DNA of 64,000 nucleotides from a bacterium (GTDB lineage Bacteria > JAHJDO01). How positions within the stretch are numbered: the first letter of the stretch is position 1; every line of letters begins with the position of its first letter. This document shows, piece by piece, positions 28,646-39,505 of this stretch. Made by a program: the position numbers and the translations under genes. Location: positions 109,992 to 173,991 of the forward strand of contig JAUSPT010000032.1 in the NCBI GenBank assembly GCA_030652805.1. The letters are read 5' to 3'. The notes below the pieces were generated by a model that saw only the letters and a list, made by a program, of their open reading frames with translations, searched no databases and had not been told where the DNA came from.

Positions 28646-30619
28646 TCACCTATGTTTTTTAATTTGTTTTTTGGCTTTTATGTAATACTCATCGTCAGGA
28701 GACGCAATCTCCAGTACCTGCTTCCATTTTTCTACAGCTCTATTGATATTAATATCCTTAAGAGTGTATCCTTGAATGTATAATTCCCTGGCTTTCTCCT
28801 TTATATGAACCTGAAGCTCGTTAATGTTCTCCAGCGCTTCTTTATGATCAGGCTCTACTGTTAAGACAAACTGAAATTCCAAAAGAGCTTCCTTAAATTT
28901 TTCTTCCTGAACAAAATTCTTGCCTTTCTCCATGTGCTGATGAAGTGTTTCTATTAGATAAGGCCTCACTGTTTTAATATACTGGATAGCCTCTGCATGA
29001 TAGAAATTATCTCTGTCCTGTTCCAGAGAAAGCACCTGCCTCCACTCATCAACAGCTTTCATAAGCTGCTGACTGGCGGAAAAAGACATGCCTCTGTCAA
29101 ATGCCTGAGTAACATCCTTTACTTTATCCAGAAACTCCTGCGCCTCTGTATAATCTTTGTTTATATCTAAGACCATTTGCATTAACTCAATGGCTTGAGA
29201 AGCACTTCCTTTTTGATAGAGTTTCTTTGCCTCGTCAAAAAACTTTTCCGCTTTTTGCAGATCTCCAATCTGAGCTACCAATCTTTTGGCTTCATTGGCA
29301 TATTTAGATTGTGCAGATATTTTTTCTAGTTCTACTAAGGCATTCGCATAATTCCCTTTTTCAAAAAACTCCTTCCCTTTTTCAAAGTGTCTAAGAGACA
29401 GCAGCTTATGTTCAATAAGATTAAGCTTTTCCCTTATATGAGCGTATTCAGGTTTTAAATCGAGTGCATTATTTAACTCTGTCTGCGCTTTAAGGAGTTC
29501 CTCAGCAATGATATACTCATCTGCCAGTTTAAGAGCTTTTTGAATCTGGATTTCTTTCTTGGTCTTGTTAAAGTATTCTATTCCTCTGCTATTCTCAGGA
29601 TCCAGGCTCAATACTCTTTCAAACTGGCGCAGAGCATTTTCCCATTGAGCCTTTTGATAAAGTTCAAGACCTCGTGTAAGGTAGCGAGCAATCTCTTCAT
29701 CACCTCTTGATTTTTCCACATAGATCTGCGCATCAAGATTATCCGGATCCATCTGCAAAACTTTGTTAAAAACTTCAAGCGCTTTGATTTTTTGGTCTGC
29801 TTCGTGTAATTTTTTACCCTGTTTGATGAGATTTGCAACAGTATTATCTGAGACCTCAATTATGCCCCTCTTTTCCGGAGAACGAGTTGGAATAAGACTC
29901 ATGATCAATATAATAGCCAAGATGACGCCAAACCCAATTATTCCTAACCTTATGGGTGTTTTTTTCCATGCCTCCACAAGCAGCCCCGCCTCTGAACATG
30001 ACCCCTCTGTTACAAACTTCAGAACAAATTTCCCAACTTTAATTTCATCTCCTTTAGAGAGCGCTTTTTCCTTGATCTTATTATTATTAACAAAAGTCCC
30101 ATTGCTGCTTCCAAGGTCTGCTATTTTATATTGATTATTCTCCTTCTTAACTATGGCATGTTTTCGAGATACTGTCTCATTTTTAAGAACTATTTTATTT
30201 TCTTCAGCCCTGCCAATAGTCAATTCATCTTCGTCCAACTGATACTCCTCTTTAACTCTCGCCCCTTCCATTAACATCAGTCTATATTTTGGAGACGTAT
30301 AAGACCCGGGTGCCATTCTGGTTTTTTCTCCATCGTCACTTTTTAGTTCTAAACTATATTTCCCGATCTGAACAGTATCTCCTTCATTAATGGTCTCTTT
30401 TTCTATTTGTTCCCCATTTACAAAGACTCCATTGGCAGAGTTCAAATCCTGGATAGTCACATTCTCTGCCTTAATTTCTAATTGGGCATGTTGTCTTGAA
30501 ACACTCTTATCAGGAAGAACTATGCGGTTTCCTTCCTTTCTTCCAATGAGATATACTCCGTCTTCCAAAGATAACTCTTGAACTGATTTTTCGTTTTCTT
30601 TAATGATAAAAAATTTCAT
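28646..30619 (-). CDS. tandem-FHA-domain protein with TM helix and C-terminal TPR repeats
   Basis: 657 aa; two FHA cores (SRQHAQLE…NSANGVFVNG and SRKHAIVK…SSNGTFVNN); TM (IGFGVILAIILIMSLI); long TPR-like region. Confidence 0.8.
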   Translation of the reverse strand: MKFFIIKENEKSVQELSLEDGVYLIGRKEGNRIVLPDKSVSRQHAQLEIKAENVTIQDLNSANGVFVNGEQIEKETINEGDTVQIGKYSLELKSDDGEKTRMAPGSYTSPKYRLMLMEGARVKEEYQLDEDELTIGRAEENKIVLKNETVSRKHAIVKKENNQYKIADLGSSNGTFVNNNKIKEKALSKGDEIKVGKFVLKFVTEGSCSEAGLLVEAWKKTPIRLGIIGFGVILAIILIMSLIPTRSPEKRGIIEVSDNTVANLIKQGKKLHEADQKIKALEVFNKVLQMDPDNLDAQIYVEKSRGDEEIARYLTRGLELYQKAQWENALRQFERVLSLDPENSRGIEYFNKTKKEIQIQKALKLADEYIIAEELLKAQTELNNALDLKPEYAHIREKLNLIEHKLLSLRHFEKGKEFFEKGNYANALVELEKISAQSKYANEAKRLVAQIGDLQKAEKFFDEAKKLYQKGSASQAIELMQMVLDINKDYTEAQEFLDKVKDVTQAFDRGMSFSASQQLMKAVDEWRQVLSLEQDRDNFYHAEAIQYIKTVRPYLIETLHQHMEKGKNFVQEEKFKEALLEFQFVLTVEPDHKEALENINELQVHIKEKARELYIQGYTLKDININRAVEKWKQVLEIASPDDEYYIKAKKQIKKHR

Positions 30620-31674
30620 CTTTTTCCCTCTGCTGATCCTTTTGCTAAATGTTCCTCTACCTGCTTTAGACGTTTTAGCACTGTTTTATGCCTCTCATCC
30701 TTTCTATCAGATATCAAAGCCATACATATTTTGAGCTCTTTTTTAACCTGTTTCCAATCTTTCACACGAATATCCTTTTCAGCTTCAAATTTATGAATGC
30801 GATATTCGCTGTCCAGGTATTCCTTAGCTTCCTTTAGATTCAGGAGCGTCTGATGGAAATAATCCGGCTTTGGCTCCAGATGTCTCTGATAAGCCAGAGA
30901 CTTTTGATATGCTTCAATTGCCTTATAGGTATTCTCATAACTTATCATGCGTTCATTATAAAGAGCTTCCCCGTATTTAAAAGCCTCTTTTGCTTTATCT
31001 CTAATATTCCCAACGGGTTCACCGGTTCCTCTATCAATTTTTTCTATTATCTGTGGTTTTTTAGCACTTGTCTCCCCCTGGCTTTTTTCGGAAGACTTGT
31101 GCCCTGGCAGAAGCACATAAATTAGACCGGATATTACAGCTGCTATGAGTATAATCTTTGTGATGTTTTTTTTAGCATAAGTTGGATTCTTTATATTGGC
31201 GAGGATTTTTTCTTTAGACTTTTGAGCTTTTTGGGAGATACTGGGTTCTGCTAGTACCTTTCTGGAGACAGGGGTAGGCACAGGTTTAATAGCGAAATAC
31301 TCGGTTTTTCCATCTTGCTCAGATATTTCCTCCCCGACTATCGTTGCACTGGTCTCTCCTGATGAATTAACCTGCTCAGGGATTACTTCAAAAGCGAGAC
31401 CAACTCCTCCAACTTCAATTTTATCACGATCCTTCAACTCCTGACGCGATACTTTCCTGTCATTTACCTTTGTGCCATTCTTGCTCTCCAGGTCAACCAA
31501 TATCAGTTTTTCATCTTCTAAAACTATCTTGGCATGATGACGAGAGACCGTATCATTTCCTTCCAATACAATATTATTATCCTGCACTCTTCCAATAGTA
31601 CAGGGTTCATTATCAAACTCAAAACATTCCCCTGCTTTTAACCCGTTCCTTATAGAGACCTTATATCCTGGCAT
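30616..31674 (-). CDS. FHA-domain membrane protein
   Basis: 352 aa; FHA core (SRHHAKIV…SKNGTKVND); TM (ITKIILIAAVISGLIYVLL). Confidence 0.7.
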   Translation of the reverse strand: MPGYKVSIRNGLKAGECFEFDNEPCTIGRVQDNNIVLEGNDTVSRHHAKIVLEDEKLILVDLESKNGTKVNDRKVSRQELKDRDKIEVGGVGLAFEVIPEQVNSSGETSATIVGEEISEQDGKTEYFAIKPVPTPVSRKVLAEPSISQKAQKSKEKILANIKNPTYAKKNITKIILIAAVISGLIYVLLPGHKSSEKSQGETSAKKPQIIEKIDRGTGEPVGNIRDKAKEAFKYGEALYNERMISYENTYKAIEAYQKSLAYQRHLEPKPDYFHQTLLNLKEAKEYLDSEYRIHKFEAEKDIRVKDWKQVKKELKICMALISDRKDERHKTVLKRLKQVEEHLAKGSAEGKR

Positions 31675-32023
31675 TAACCATATCTCCTATACGAACCTGA
31701 GCGCTACTAATGGTGTCAGAGGGAAGTTCCAGCACATGCCGTACGCTTCTTCCTCCAAAAGCCAGCCGAAATGGTTTTAACTGAGATATAGTCTTTACAA
31801 CACAATAATTCTTATCCATAAAAACCACATCAATCGGGAACCTCATAAACCACGTATGTATGGCTTTGCAGTTTTTAATCAGTAATCCCTCTCCAGAATC
31901 AAGTTTAGCGCGTCCAATCAGCCCCTTAGTTCTCATTTGCCATGTATCTGCAACAACCACTCGTTGTCCTAAAATCTGATTATTACCAAAACTGATCACT
32001 ATAGTTGTCTCTCTAGAATCCAC
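31661..32023 (-). CDS. DUF192 (COG1430) family protein, common accessory of Tad loci
   Basis: 120 aa; pattern typical of DUF192 (…TWFMRFPIDVVFMD…). Confidence 0.5.
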   Translation of the reverse strand: MDSRETTIVISFGNNQILGQRVVVADTWQMRTKGLIGRAKLDSGEGLLIKNCKAIHTWFMRFPIDVVFMDKNYCVVKTISQLKPFRLAFGGRSVRHVLELPSDTISSAQVRIGDMVNARI

Positions 32024-32930
32024 CCTGCAAAAGCTTTATAATGATAGGGCCAAAAAGCATTACAAAAACTGCTGGAAAGATAAATCCTACAAGGGGCAGC
32101 AGCATTTTTACCGGCGCCTGCATTGCTGTTTTCTCTGCTATCTGCATCCTCTTGGTCCGCATCTGATCAGATAAGACCCTGAGTATAGGCCCAAGACTTG
32201 TTCCCAGTTGATCTGCCTGTATAAGCGATGTGCAAATAGCAGAAAGATCCGGCATATTAACTCTGTCTGCCATTGCTTTTAAAGCGTCGCGCCTTGTTGA
32301 CCCAAGCTTAATCTGCTGCTGCATGTGAAAAAGCTCCTCTACAAGTGGGCCTGCTTTCATCTTGTCAACCACTTTATTAATAGCTGCTGAGAAATCCAAT
32401 CCTGCCTCTACTGAAAGAGTTATCAAGTCCAGGCTGTAAGGAAGGCCTCTCCAGATCCCTTTATGCCTTTTCTTAATCTGATCCTTCAACCATTGATCAG
32501 GATAGAAATAAGCAAGCATGAACAGGATAATGTAATACCAAGCAATTTCAATAGACAGCATCTTAAGTATTAAAAGCCCGACGATTGGCGCAAGTATTAA
32601 TAGTAATTCTTTTATAGCCAAAAATTCTAGAGCGCTTATAGCTCCTGGATTTCCAGCTGAGGTTAGTTTTTGCGTGATATTATTCTGATATTCTTTAAGC
32701 CCAAACCGCTCGTGCAATTTCGCTAGTTTCCCGACCCATGGCATTAAGAAGCGATATAATGGATAGGTACGCATAAACTTTTCTCTTTTTTTCTCCAGCT
32801 GACCTAACATATCCAGATCTATCGCCTCCTCTTCCTTCTTCTCAAATAACGAGAGTATTCCTGCGCCTATAAAATAGAAAGCTGTAAAAATAAAAATATA
32901 AATTAGTGCTAAAATTATTATACTACCCAT
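32013..32930 (-). CDS. tadC: Flp pilus assembly inner-membrane protein TadC (T2SS-F domain)
   Basis: 305 aa polytopic membrane protein with a T2SS-F domain; follows tadB. Confidence 0.7.
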   Translation of the reverse strand: MGSIIILALIYIFIFTAFYFIGAGILSLFEKKEEEAIDLDMLGQLEKKREKFMRTYPLYRFLMPWVGKLAKLHERFGLKEYQNNITQKLTSAGNPGAISALEFLAIKELLLILAPIVGLLILKMLSIEIAWYYIILFMLAYFYPDQWLKDQIKKRHKGIWRGLPYSLDLITLSVEAGLDFSAAINKVVDKMKAGPLVEELFHMQQQIKLGSTRRDALKAMADRVNMPDLSAICTSLIQADQLGTSLGPILRVLSDQMRTKRMQIAEKTAMQAPVKMLLPLVGFIFPAVFVMLFGPIIIKLLQGGF

Positions 32931-32975
32931 TTTCCCCTTTGTGCCTTTGTGCCTTTGCCACTTTGTTTCTTTATC

Positions 32976-33830
32976 CTAAACATCAATATTAACAATTTTA
33001 TAAATCAGGAATCCACCTATTAGCTCCAGGAAAACAACTGTTGCAAGAAACGCCCAGCCAATAGCAGAAGTAAACATTATCTTCATTGTTGCCGGGTCCA
33101 GAAAATACATTATTATGCCAAGTCCTATAGGAAGCAAACCTACTACCAATCCCTGCATCTTGCCCTGAGATGTGAGCGCAGCAATCTTGCCATGCATTTT
33201 ATCTCTCTCCCTTATTGTATTTGCAATTCTATCAAATATCTCAGAAAGATTACCCCCTAATTGCCTGGAGATATTAATTGAGGTGACAACCAATTCCATC
33301 TGTTCACTGGGCATTCTCTTTCCCAATCTTTTCAACGCTTCTTCCATTGAAACCCCTAACTTAGTAGACCGGATAACCAGACTAAATTCCTGAGACAAAG
33401 GAGCCTCAGATTCCTTAATTAAAAAATCCAGTGCTTGTTGCAGACTTAAACCTGCCTTAAGAGAATTTGACACCGTTGTTAAAGCCCCTGTTAATTGAGT
33501 GTCAAACTTTTTCTTGCGATTCTTCTTTAACTGTCTGAGATAAATTCTTGGCAGAGAGAATCCAACGGCTCCAAATGCTAAGCATATTAGCAAACTATGA
33601 CTGAGCAAGTAACCAACCATTGCCATAACTAGAACACCAAGAATACTAAAATAAGCAATCTTTTCTGCTGGAATAAAAACAAACATCTCATCCAGCTCTT
33701 TTTCAGTTCCTGCAGCTACTTTCTTTTCATACTGTTTAATTCCCTTCTTAAAAGTCTGATAACCTGCCTGCGCCAGTATAAACACTGCTAAAAATGTAAG
33801 CCCAAGTATTAATAGCTCAATTATCTGCAT
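32976..33830 (-). CDS. tadB: Flp pilus assembly inner-membrane protein TadB (T2SS-F domain)
   Basis: 284 aa polytopic membrane protein with a T2SS-F domain; immediately downstream of the CpaF-type ATPase. Confidence 0.7.
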   Translation of the reverse strand: MQIIELLILGLTFLAVFILAQAGYQTFKKGIKQYEKKVAAGTEKELDEMFVFIPAEKIAYFSILGVLVMAMVGYLLSHSLLICLAFGAVGFSLPRIYLRQLKKNRKKKFDTQLTGALTTVSNSLKAGLSLQQALDFLIKESEAPLSQEFSLVIRSTKLGVSMEEALKRLGKRMPSEQMELVVTSINISRQLGGNLSEIFDRIANTIRERDKMHGKIAALTSQGKMQGLVVGLLPIGLGIIMYFLDPATMKIMFTSAIGWAFLATVVFLELIGGFLIYKIVNIDV

Positions 33831-35530
33831 TATTTTCCAGTCCTCTCTTCTTCAAATATCTTCATATCCAGGTGCATTCCCTTTGCTTCCAACTGAGGAA
33901 CAAAACTTGGAATATTGCCAGTAGCTACAAAAGTTCCCTGCACTTTACCATCCTGGCCAATTCCTGTTTGTTTGAAAACAAAAATATCCTGTAAAGTAAT
34001 GACTTCTCCCTCCATGCCTGTAACTTCAGTCACAGCAATAATCCTGCGGCTTCCGTCACTCAAACGAGACTCCTGAATTATTATGTTAATAGCTGAAGAT
34101 ACCTGTTCTCTGATAGCTCGGACAGGCAGATCCATACCTGACATTAAAACCATAGTTTCCAGACGCGAAAGAACATCACGAGGAGAATTGGCATGAGCAG
34201 TAGTAAGAGAGCCATCATGGCCAGTGTTCATAGCCTGAAGCATGTCCAGAGCCTCTCCACCCCTGCATTCTCCTACCACTATTCTATCAGGACGCATACG
34301 AAGAGCATTCTTTACCAGATCTCTAATAGCAATAGCTCCTTTGCCTTCAATATTTGGAGGCCGGGCTTCCAGAGAAACAACATGCTCCTGCGGTAGCTTA
34401 AGCTCTGCAGCATCCTCAATAGTTACTATTCTTTCGTCTTTAGGAATATAGGAAGACACTACATTAAGCAGTGTTGTCTTTCCTGATCCTGTTCCTCCTG
34501 ATATAATAATGTTCTTGCGTGAAAGCACACATATCTCAAGGAACTTCGCAGTATCTTTATTCAATGTTCCAAAACCTATCAAATCATCTATAGTAAAAGG
34601 AGTTTTGGAGAACTTGCGAATAGTTATACTTGGTCCTTTTAGAGCTAGAGGCGGAATGATCGCATTTACTCTGGATCCATCCTTTAATCTTGCATCTACC
34701 AGTGGCATGCTTTCATCTATTCTGCGGCCAATAGGCCCTACTATCCTCTCTATCACAGCCATAACCTGTTCATCGCTGGCAAAGGTTTTCTCGCAGAGCT
34801 GAAGCTTGCCTTTCTTTTCAATATAAATCTGATCCTTTCTGTTAACCATTATTTCTGTTACATCATCATCCTTTAACAGATCCTCCAGAGCTCCCAAACC
34901 CAGCGCTTCATCCAGCACGTCCTTTACCAAATCCTCTATATTCACCCGCTTAGGAATAGAGTCAGCCATTTCCTTAATTATGCCTCTGGTAGCTTTTTCA
35001 GTGCGGCTCCTGACTTCCTGCTCCTTTCCCTTTTCAAATGTTAAACTCTTTAAGTCAATACGCTGAATGAGCTGCTTATGAATTTTGATTCTTATATCAG
35101 AAAGCTGGCTAACCTTCCCTTTAGAAGCTGCTTTATCAGAAGGCATGGATGCAGGCGCTGGTACACGAACTTGTTTTACCTCTGTCTTTTCATCCTCATC
35201 TCTATCTTTTTTAGCTTCCTGCAACAAGCTGCCCTCAGAAATACCTGCATCTTCTAAAACCATGCTCAAGTGCCCTATTTTGACTTCTTCTCCCAGCGGC
35301 CAAAGCTCTTCCTTAGCTATTTTTTTCCCATTAAGATATGTGCCATTGCCACTGTCCAAATCTTTAATATATACCTGATTATCCTTCAGTCTGAGACTGG
35401 TATGATGTCTTGAAGCCCTTGGATCAGAAATCATCAAATCACAGTCTTTCTCCCTGCCAATGGTTACAGCTTCCCCCTCCAATTTAAAAATTCTTTCCTT
35501 ACCTGAAGCTTCTTTAATAACTATTCTCAT
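33830..35530 (-). CDS. CpaF/TadA secretion ATPase with N-terminal FHA domain (fusion)
   Basis: 566 aa; N-terminal FHA ([30 protein letters not shown]), then the CpaF core with Walker [13 protein letters not shown] and the VirB11-type ATPase region. Confidence 0.85.
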   Translation of the reverse strand: MRIVIKEASGKERIFKLEGEAVTIGREKDCDLMISDPRASRHHTSLRLKDNQVYIKDLDSGNGTYLNGKKIAKEELWPLGEEVKIGHLSMVLEDAGISEGSLLQEAKKDRDEDEKTEVKQVRVPAPASMPSDKAASKGKVSQLSDIRIKIHKQLIQRIDLKSLTFEKGKEQEVRSRTEKATRGIIKEMADSIPKRVNIEDLVKDVLDEALGLGALEDLLKDDDVTEIMVNRKDQIYIEKKGKLQLCEKTFASDEQVMAVIERIVGPIGRRIDESMPLVDARLKDGSRVNAIIPPLALKGPSITIRKFSKTPFTIDDLIGFGTLNKDTAKFLEICVLSRKNIIISGGTGSGKTTLLNVVSSYIPKDERIVTIEDAAELKLPQEHVVSLEARPPNIEGKGAIAIRDLVKNALRMRPDRIVVGECRGGEALDMLQAMNTGHDGSLTTAHANSPRDVLSRLETMVLMSGMDLPVRAIREQVSSAINIIIQESRLSDGSRRIIAVTEVTGMEGEVITLQDIFVFKQTGIGQDGKVQGTFVATGNIPSFVPQLEAKGMHLDMKIFEEERTGK

Positions 35531-35533
35531 TCA

Positions 35534-36892
35534 CTATTCTCCCTGCAGTAATTGCATAGCCTTTCCTGTTTTTTGGGCAGGAATAAAGGTCGGAGTAGTA
35601 GGAGTCACCAGAACTATAATCTGTTTCTTCTCCTTTTCTGCCTGCTTCTTGGAAAATAACAGCCCCAGTACTGGAATTTGCCCTATACCAGGAGTGTACT
35701 TTTTGAAATCTGAAGCAAGCACGTCTGTAACACCTGAAAGAATCACTGACTGGCCCGGTTTAATAACTACATCAGACTCAGAACGATAAACCTTAAGTCC
35801 TGTTCTATCCTCGACTGTAGGATCAACCTGACTGACCTCCAGATTGATATGCATAGTTACCTCTCCAAAACTGTCCACCTCCGGCTTAACCTTAAGCAAC
35901 ATTCCATACTTCTTCCATTTAACATCTGCAGAACCACTTCCTGCTACTTTATATCCAATTTCGCCTCCATGTTCAAAAACAGCTTCTCCGCCGCTTAATG
36001 CAGACTGATGCAAAGACTTCCTTATAGTAGCATTCCCCTTAGAATGAGTAAAATTTAATGCCTTGGTCAGGTTATATCCTATATTCCAGCTGGGTCCGGC
36101 TCCCCCTGTACTTGCAAGACCTGCTCCGCCAGCTAATGTGCCTCCAAGCAGATTCATTCCCATATCCTTTCCTGCTACAGCGTTTATTTCTGCAAATTGG
36201 ACATCTACTTCTATCATAACCTTTTTTACTTTTAGAAGATTGATAACGTTTTCAGCAAATGCGCCTGCTATTTTTTCAACCTCCTTGGACTCTTCTTCTC
36301 CCACTACAAAACCTCTCAGAATAACCCTGTTTCCAATAATCTTAACATTCACATTTGGGATCCCGATATTCTTTTTAATTTCCTCTGCCAGAATTTCATT
36401 ATGAATCCCAGTGCGTATCTTCACCAGATTTATTACCTCTGGGTATGCTGCAGCAACTTTTTCTACTCTTTCTTTATCAGAAGCAGTCAAAACGGATCCA
36501 TCAATAACCACTTTACCCCCGACTACCTTGACTTTTATTCCTTCTACATCGCTTAATAACTGACGAACTTCTTCAGCAAACTGCCTTGGGTCTCTTGAAA
36601 TAACATAGATAGCATGGGTAACTTTTTCCTCTTTGCTGTCCCATATAATAAGATCTGTAGTTCCAACTTTTATGCCTGTAATAATTATCTGCTCACCACC
36701 AGCAACCACCTGAACATTAGCTACTTTATCATCTCCAACTGAAACACGCGCCAACTTCTTCACATCCACTACCTGCTGCTGCCCAACAGAAACAGTAATC
36801 GCTTTCTGTCCATAGACAACGCTTCCCATAAATAGTATGCAGATCGCTGCTGTCCATACTCCGACCAATCCTGTCTTTTGCTTAGTGTTCAT
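35534..36892 (-). CDS. cpaC: Flp pilus secretin CpaC/RcpA
   Basis: 452 aa; signal peptide; BON-like N-terminal repeats; secretin C-terminus (…IPVLGLLFSKKQ…IVLVTPT…). Confidence 0.75.
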   Translation of the reverse strand: MNTKQKTGLVGVWTAAICILFMGSVVYGQKAITVSVGQQQVVDVKKLARVSVGDDKVANVQVVAGGEQIIITGIKVGTTDLIIWDSKEEKVTHAIYVISRDPRQFAEEVRQLLSDVEGIKVKVVGGKVVIDGSVLTASDKERVEKVAAAYPEVINLVKIRTGIHNEILAEEIKKNIGIPNVNVKIIGNRVILRGFVVGEEESKEVEKIAGAFAENVINLLKVKKVMIEVDVQFAEINAVAGKDMGMNLLGGTLAGGAGLASTGGAGPSWNIGYNLTKALNFTHSKGNATIRKSLHQSALSGGEAVFEHGGEIGYKVAGSGSADVKWKKYGMLLKVKPEVDSFGEVTMHINLEVSQVDPTVEDRTGLKVYRSESDVVIKPGQSVILSGVTDVLASDFKKYTPGIGQIPVLGLLFSKKQAEKEKKQIIVLVTPTTPTFIPAQKTGKAMQLLQGE

Positions 36893-36919
36893 GTTTTTTC
36901 CTCCTTGTTTTTGTTTTAA

Positions 36920-37750
36920 TCAGAATTGTTCAATAGTTTTAACTCCGCCCTTAATTACTTCCACCTTGATTCTGTCCTGACGCTGGATAGTAAGTTTTTT
37001 AACCTGCTCCAGCTGCAAAATAGAACTCATTGTAATTTTCGGCATGTCTGGTATCACCTCTAAGTCTTCCGGATTGCGCAGAACAAGTGTTATTTTCCCT
37101 CTTGCTTGAGCAAAGATAATCATTTCCGCCTCCTGGAGCGTTAAAGAGAGAGTTACAGTATTATATCCTCTCCTTAGCATTGCTGCTGTAGAGTGCGTTT
37201 CCTCTACATCCACTCTTTTGCGTCCTACTTCCTGCCCTACAGCCAGAACAGTTACATTCTGAAGAAGAGTGAGAGTTGTTATCCCTGCTGCTTTTTCTCC
37301 TTCCACTGTAAAATTTGCAGCAAGATCTACATGATCATTCGGCTGGATATGTCCACCTACCCCTGTTACTTCATCTACAGAAATGGTTACTGCTCTCTCT
37401 TTCTGCCTTATGAGCGGAGATAATCCTTCCATCTTCTCCATCCCAAGACAGAGCCATGTTAACTGCTGACCTTTTTTTAGTAAAAACAACGTCTTCTGAC
37501 CTTGTATTATCTCAATATCATCAGGGTTTAATGCATTGGGATCTTTAAACTTACGAGGCACCTGCGAAATTTCTACCATTCCCTTAGAAATTTTCTCTTT
37601 TGCCTTTATATCCTTTGCTGCTACAAGAACGCTTACCAGCTCCTTTCCCTTAAAAATTGGTCTTGTAACACCTTGAATATAAAAATGCACCATGACTATC
37701 GCTAAAAGACCTAATACAACTCCCATTATTAATGAAGCTTTATTCTGCAT
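36920..37750 (-). CDS. cpaB: Flp pilus assembly protein CpaB/RcpC (SAF domain)
   Basis: 276 aa; N-terminal TM; SAF/RcpC-like periplasmic domain. Confidence 0.65.
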   Translation of the reverse strand: MQNKASLIMGVVLGLLAIVMVHFYIQGVTRPIFKGKELVSVLVAAKDIKAKEKISKGMVEISQVPRKFKDPNALNPDDIEIIQGQKTLFLLKKGQQLTWLCLGMEKMEGLSPLIRQKERAVTISVDEVTGVGGHIQPNDHVDLAANFTVEGEKAAGITTLTLLQNVTVLAVGQEVGRKRVDVEETHSTAAMLRRGYNTVTLSLTLQEAEMIIFAQARGKITLVLRNPEDLEVIPDMPKITMSSILQLEQVKKLTIQRQDRIKVEVIKGGVKTIEQF

Positions 37751-37768
37751 ATCTACCTCCCTTTTTTA

Positions 37769-38527
37769 TTAACTTATTTTAATTATTGTAGCATAGTTAT
37801 TCGTTTTGTCATTATTTTCATCTGGAAAAACAATCAAACATTTTCCATCCTTTTTCTGAGCGCTGAGTAAATCGCCACTATCATCCAGCTTCCACCCATT
37901 CATTTTTAATCGGCTCTGATAAAAGAACTTCTGTGTGGTTGAGGAAGCAAGGCTTTTATACATTAGCACTTTATAATTTACGCCTCCAACTCCAAGCTCA
38001 AAGCTGAGCGCCTCAGAATTTAGCGGGTAGATAGGTATATCCTTGATAAAATCCTCCTCAACATTTGATTCTCTCCATTCCTCAAAACTTAAACAAAAAA
38101 TATGGCTTCCCGAGAGGTTGGTATCCCTCATAGGCAAGACAGCTATGCCAAGACTTGGCGATTTCAATTTTTTAGCCATAATAAACTCACTGCCGCCTAT
38201 ATTCTTCCTGCAATGAAGACCAAAATTTCTCGTTTTCAGGTCATTTGAAAATTGTTTTATTAGTGTTTGAGCGGATAATGGGGAATGGTATATGCCAATT
38301 AAAGCGGGCTTAGAGTTAATCTTCACACGATAAGACTTGCCTGCCATATCTCTCATCATATCCGGAAGATTGAAACGTTTTTGGTTAATCTTATCCTGCA
38401 GTTCATAAATAAGCCCATAAACCTTATCTTGTCGACCGCCCTTTATTAAACCGTAACAACTCAAAGCAATAGTCAAAATAGCTATTAGAAGAACCTTCCC
38501 TGTGATTTTTGTTACTTGCCTTATCAT
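37769..38527 (-). CDS. hypothetical membrane-anchored protein within the Tad locus
   Basis: 252 aa; N-terminal TM (VLLIAILTIALSCYGL); no recognisable motif. Confidence 0.3.
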   Translation of the reverse strand: MIRQVTKITGKVLLIAILTIALSCYGLIKGGRQDKVYGLIYELQDKINQKRFNLPDMMRDMAGKSYRVKINSKPALIGIYHSPLSAQTLIKQFSNDLKTRNFGLHCRKNIGGSEFIMAKKLKSPSLGIAVLPMRDTNLSGSHIFCLSFEEWRESNVEEDFIKDIPIYPLNSEALSFELGVGGVNYKVLMYKSLASSTTQKFFYQSRLKMNGWKLDDSGDLLSAQKKDGKCLIVFPDENNDKTNNYATIIKIS

Positions 38528-39505
38528 TTAGTGCACCATTAGTATCCTATCAAAACCTGTTTTGTCAAATTTTGCCTTGTAGTTTGGATCGGGAAGTATA
38601 TTGAATTTAACTTTGCTTCCGATATGCCCTTTTGTTTTATCTTTATCCTCCTTCCATAAGCTTTCTATCCATGAGAAAATAAGATCAGCACCTTTAGTAA
38701 CTTTAGGAATTTCTCCTCCAAGACTTCCTCCATATGGAACAGCCTTGGCTGTTGTATAAATAGATGGTATATTAATACCCAGAAGAGAGCCGCCTATCAG
38801 GACTGGTTGAGAACCCTTGTAAGCAAGAGAAAAGGTATAGACATCTTCTCCGCCTGTCATAAATCCCAACCAGCCACTGGCGCAAAGAAAATACTTAGCC
38901 CTGTCTACATTTAACCAGCATGGAATTAACGAGGTGAGAGAGCTCCAGCCAAAATTCCCTCCTTTTATATCATCGTAAAAGCTTTTACCGTCATCATAAA
39001 TTCCTTTTACGTCCTCTATACTGCTCATATTTACAAGACGCTCTGCCAAAGCAGTCGGCAGGGGAACAGCTGCATCAGCCTTATTAGCTCTGCCATATGT
39101 AAACACCTGAGTAATAGCAATAACAGGAACAGCATACTTCATAACATCCTGAATGGTTTGGACAATATTAGTAATAGTAAAATTCACATCTCCAGTGAAC
39201 CAGAGTTTAATGAGGTCAATAATAAATGCAGGAACCCATAGAATATTGAGCATTGCTATTACATTAAGTCCCCTTGCCTGCCATACTGCGCCTGCCATAG
39301 CAGCAGAATCAGTTGCATTCTGCATTCTGATGCGCCAGCTTACAAGCTGTCCCACGTCCACAACCAGCATTATGAACATAACCAGCACCAGAAGCATCAG
39401 CGCTGCAAAAACGGCAGCCTGCCCGCCGTTATCTTTTCTGAGCTTATGAATTTGAATAAACATTATAAGAGACTCGCTATTTCCCCTAACTGTTGTTTTA
39501 TCCAC
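38528..39505 (-). CDS. TadG-like putative Flp pilus-assembly protein (Tad_N domain)
   Basis: N-terminus GGQAAVFAALMLLVLVMFIMLVVDVGQL matches the TadE/G-like N-domain. Confidence 0.55.
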   Translation of the reverse strand: MDKTTVRGNSESLIMFIQIHKLRKDNGGQAAVFAALMLLVLVMFIMLVVDVGQLVSWRIRMQNATDSAAMAGAVWQARGLNVIAMLNILWVPAFIIDLIKLWFTGDVNFTITNIVQTIQDVMKYAVPVIAITQVFTYGRANKADAAVPLPTALAERLVNMSSIEDVKGIYDDGKSFYDDIKGGNFGWSSLTSLIPCWLNVDRAKYFLCASGWLGFMTGGEDVYTFSLAYKGSQPVLIGGSLLGINIPSIYTTAKAVPYGGSLGGEIPKVTKGADLIFSWIESLWKEDKDKTKGHIGSKVKFNILPDPNYKAKFDKTGFDRILMVH

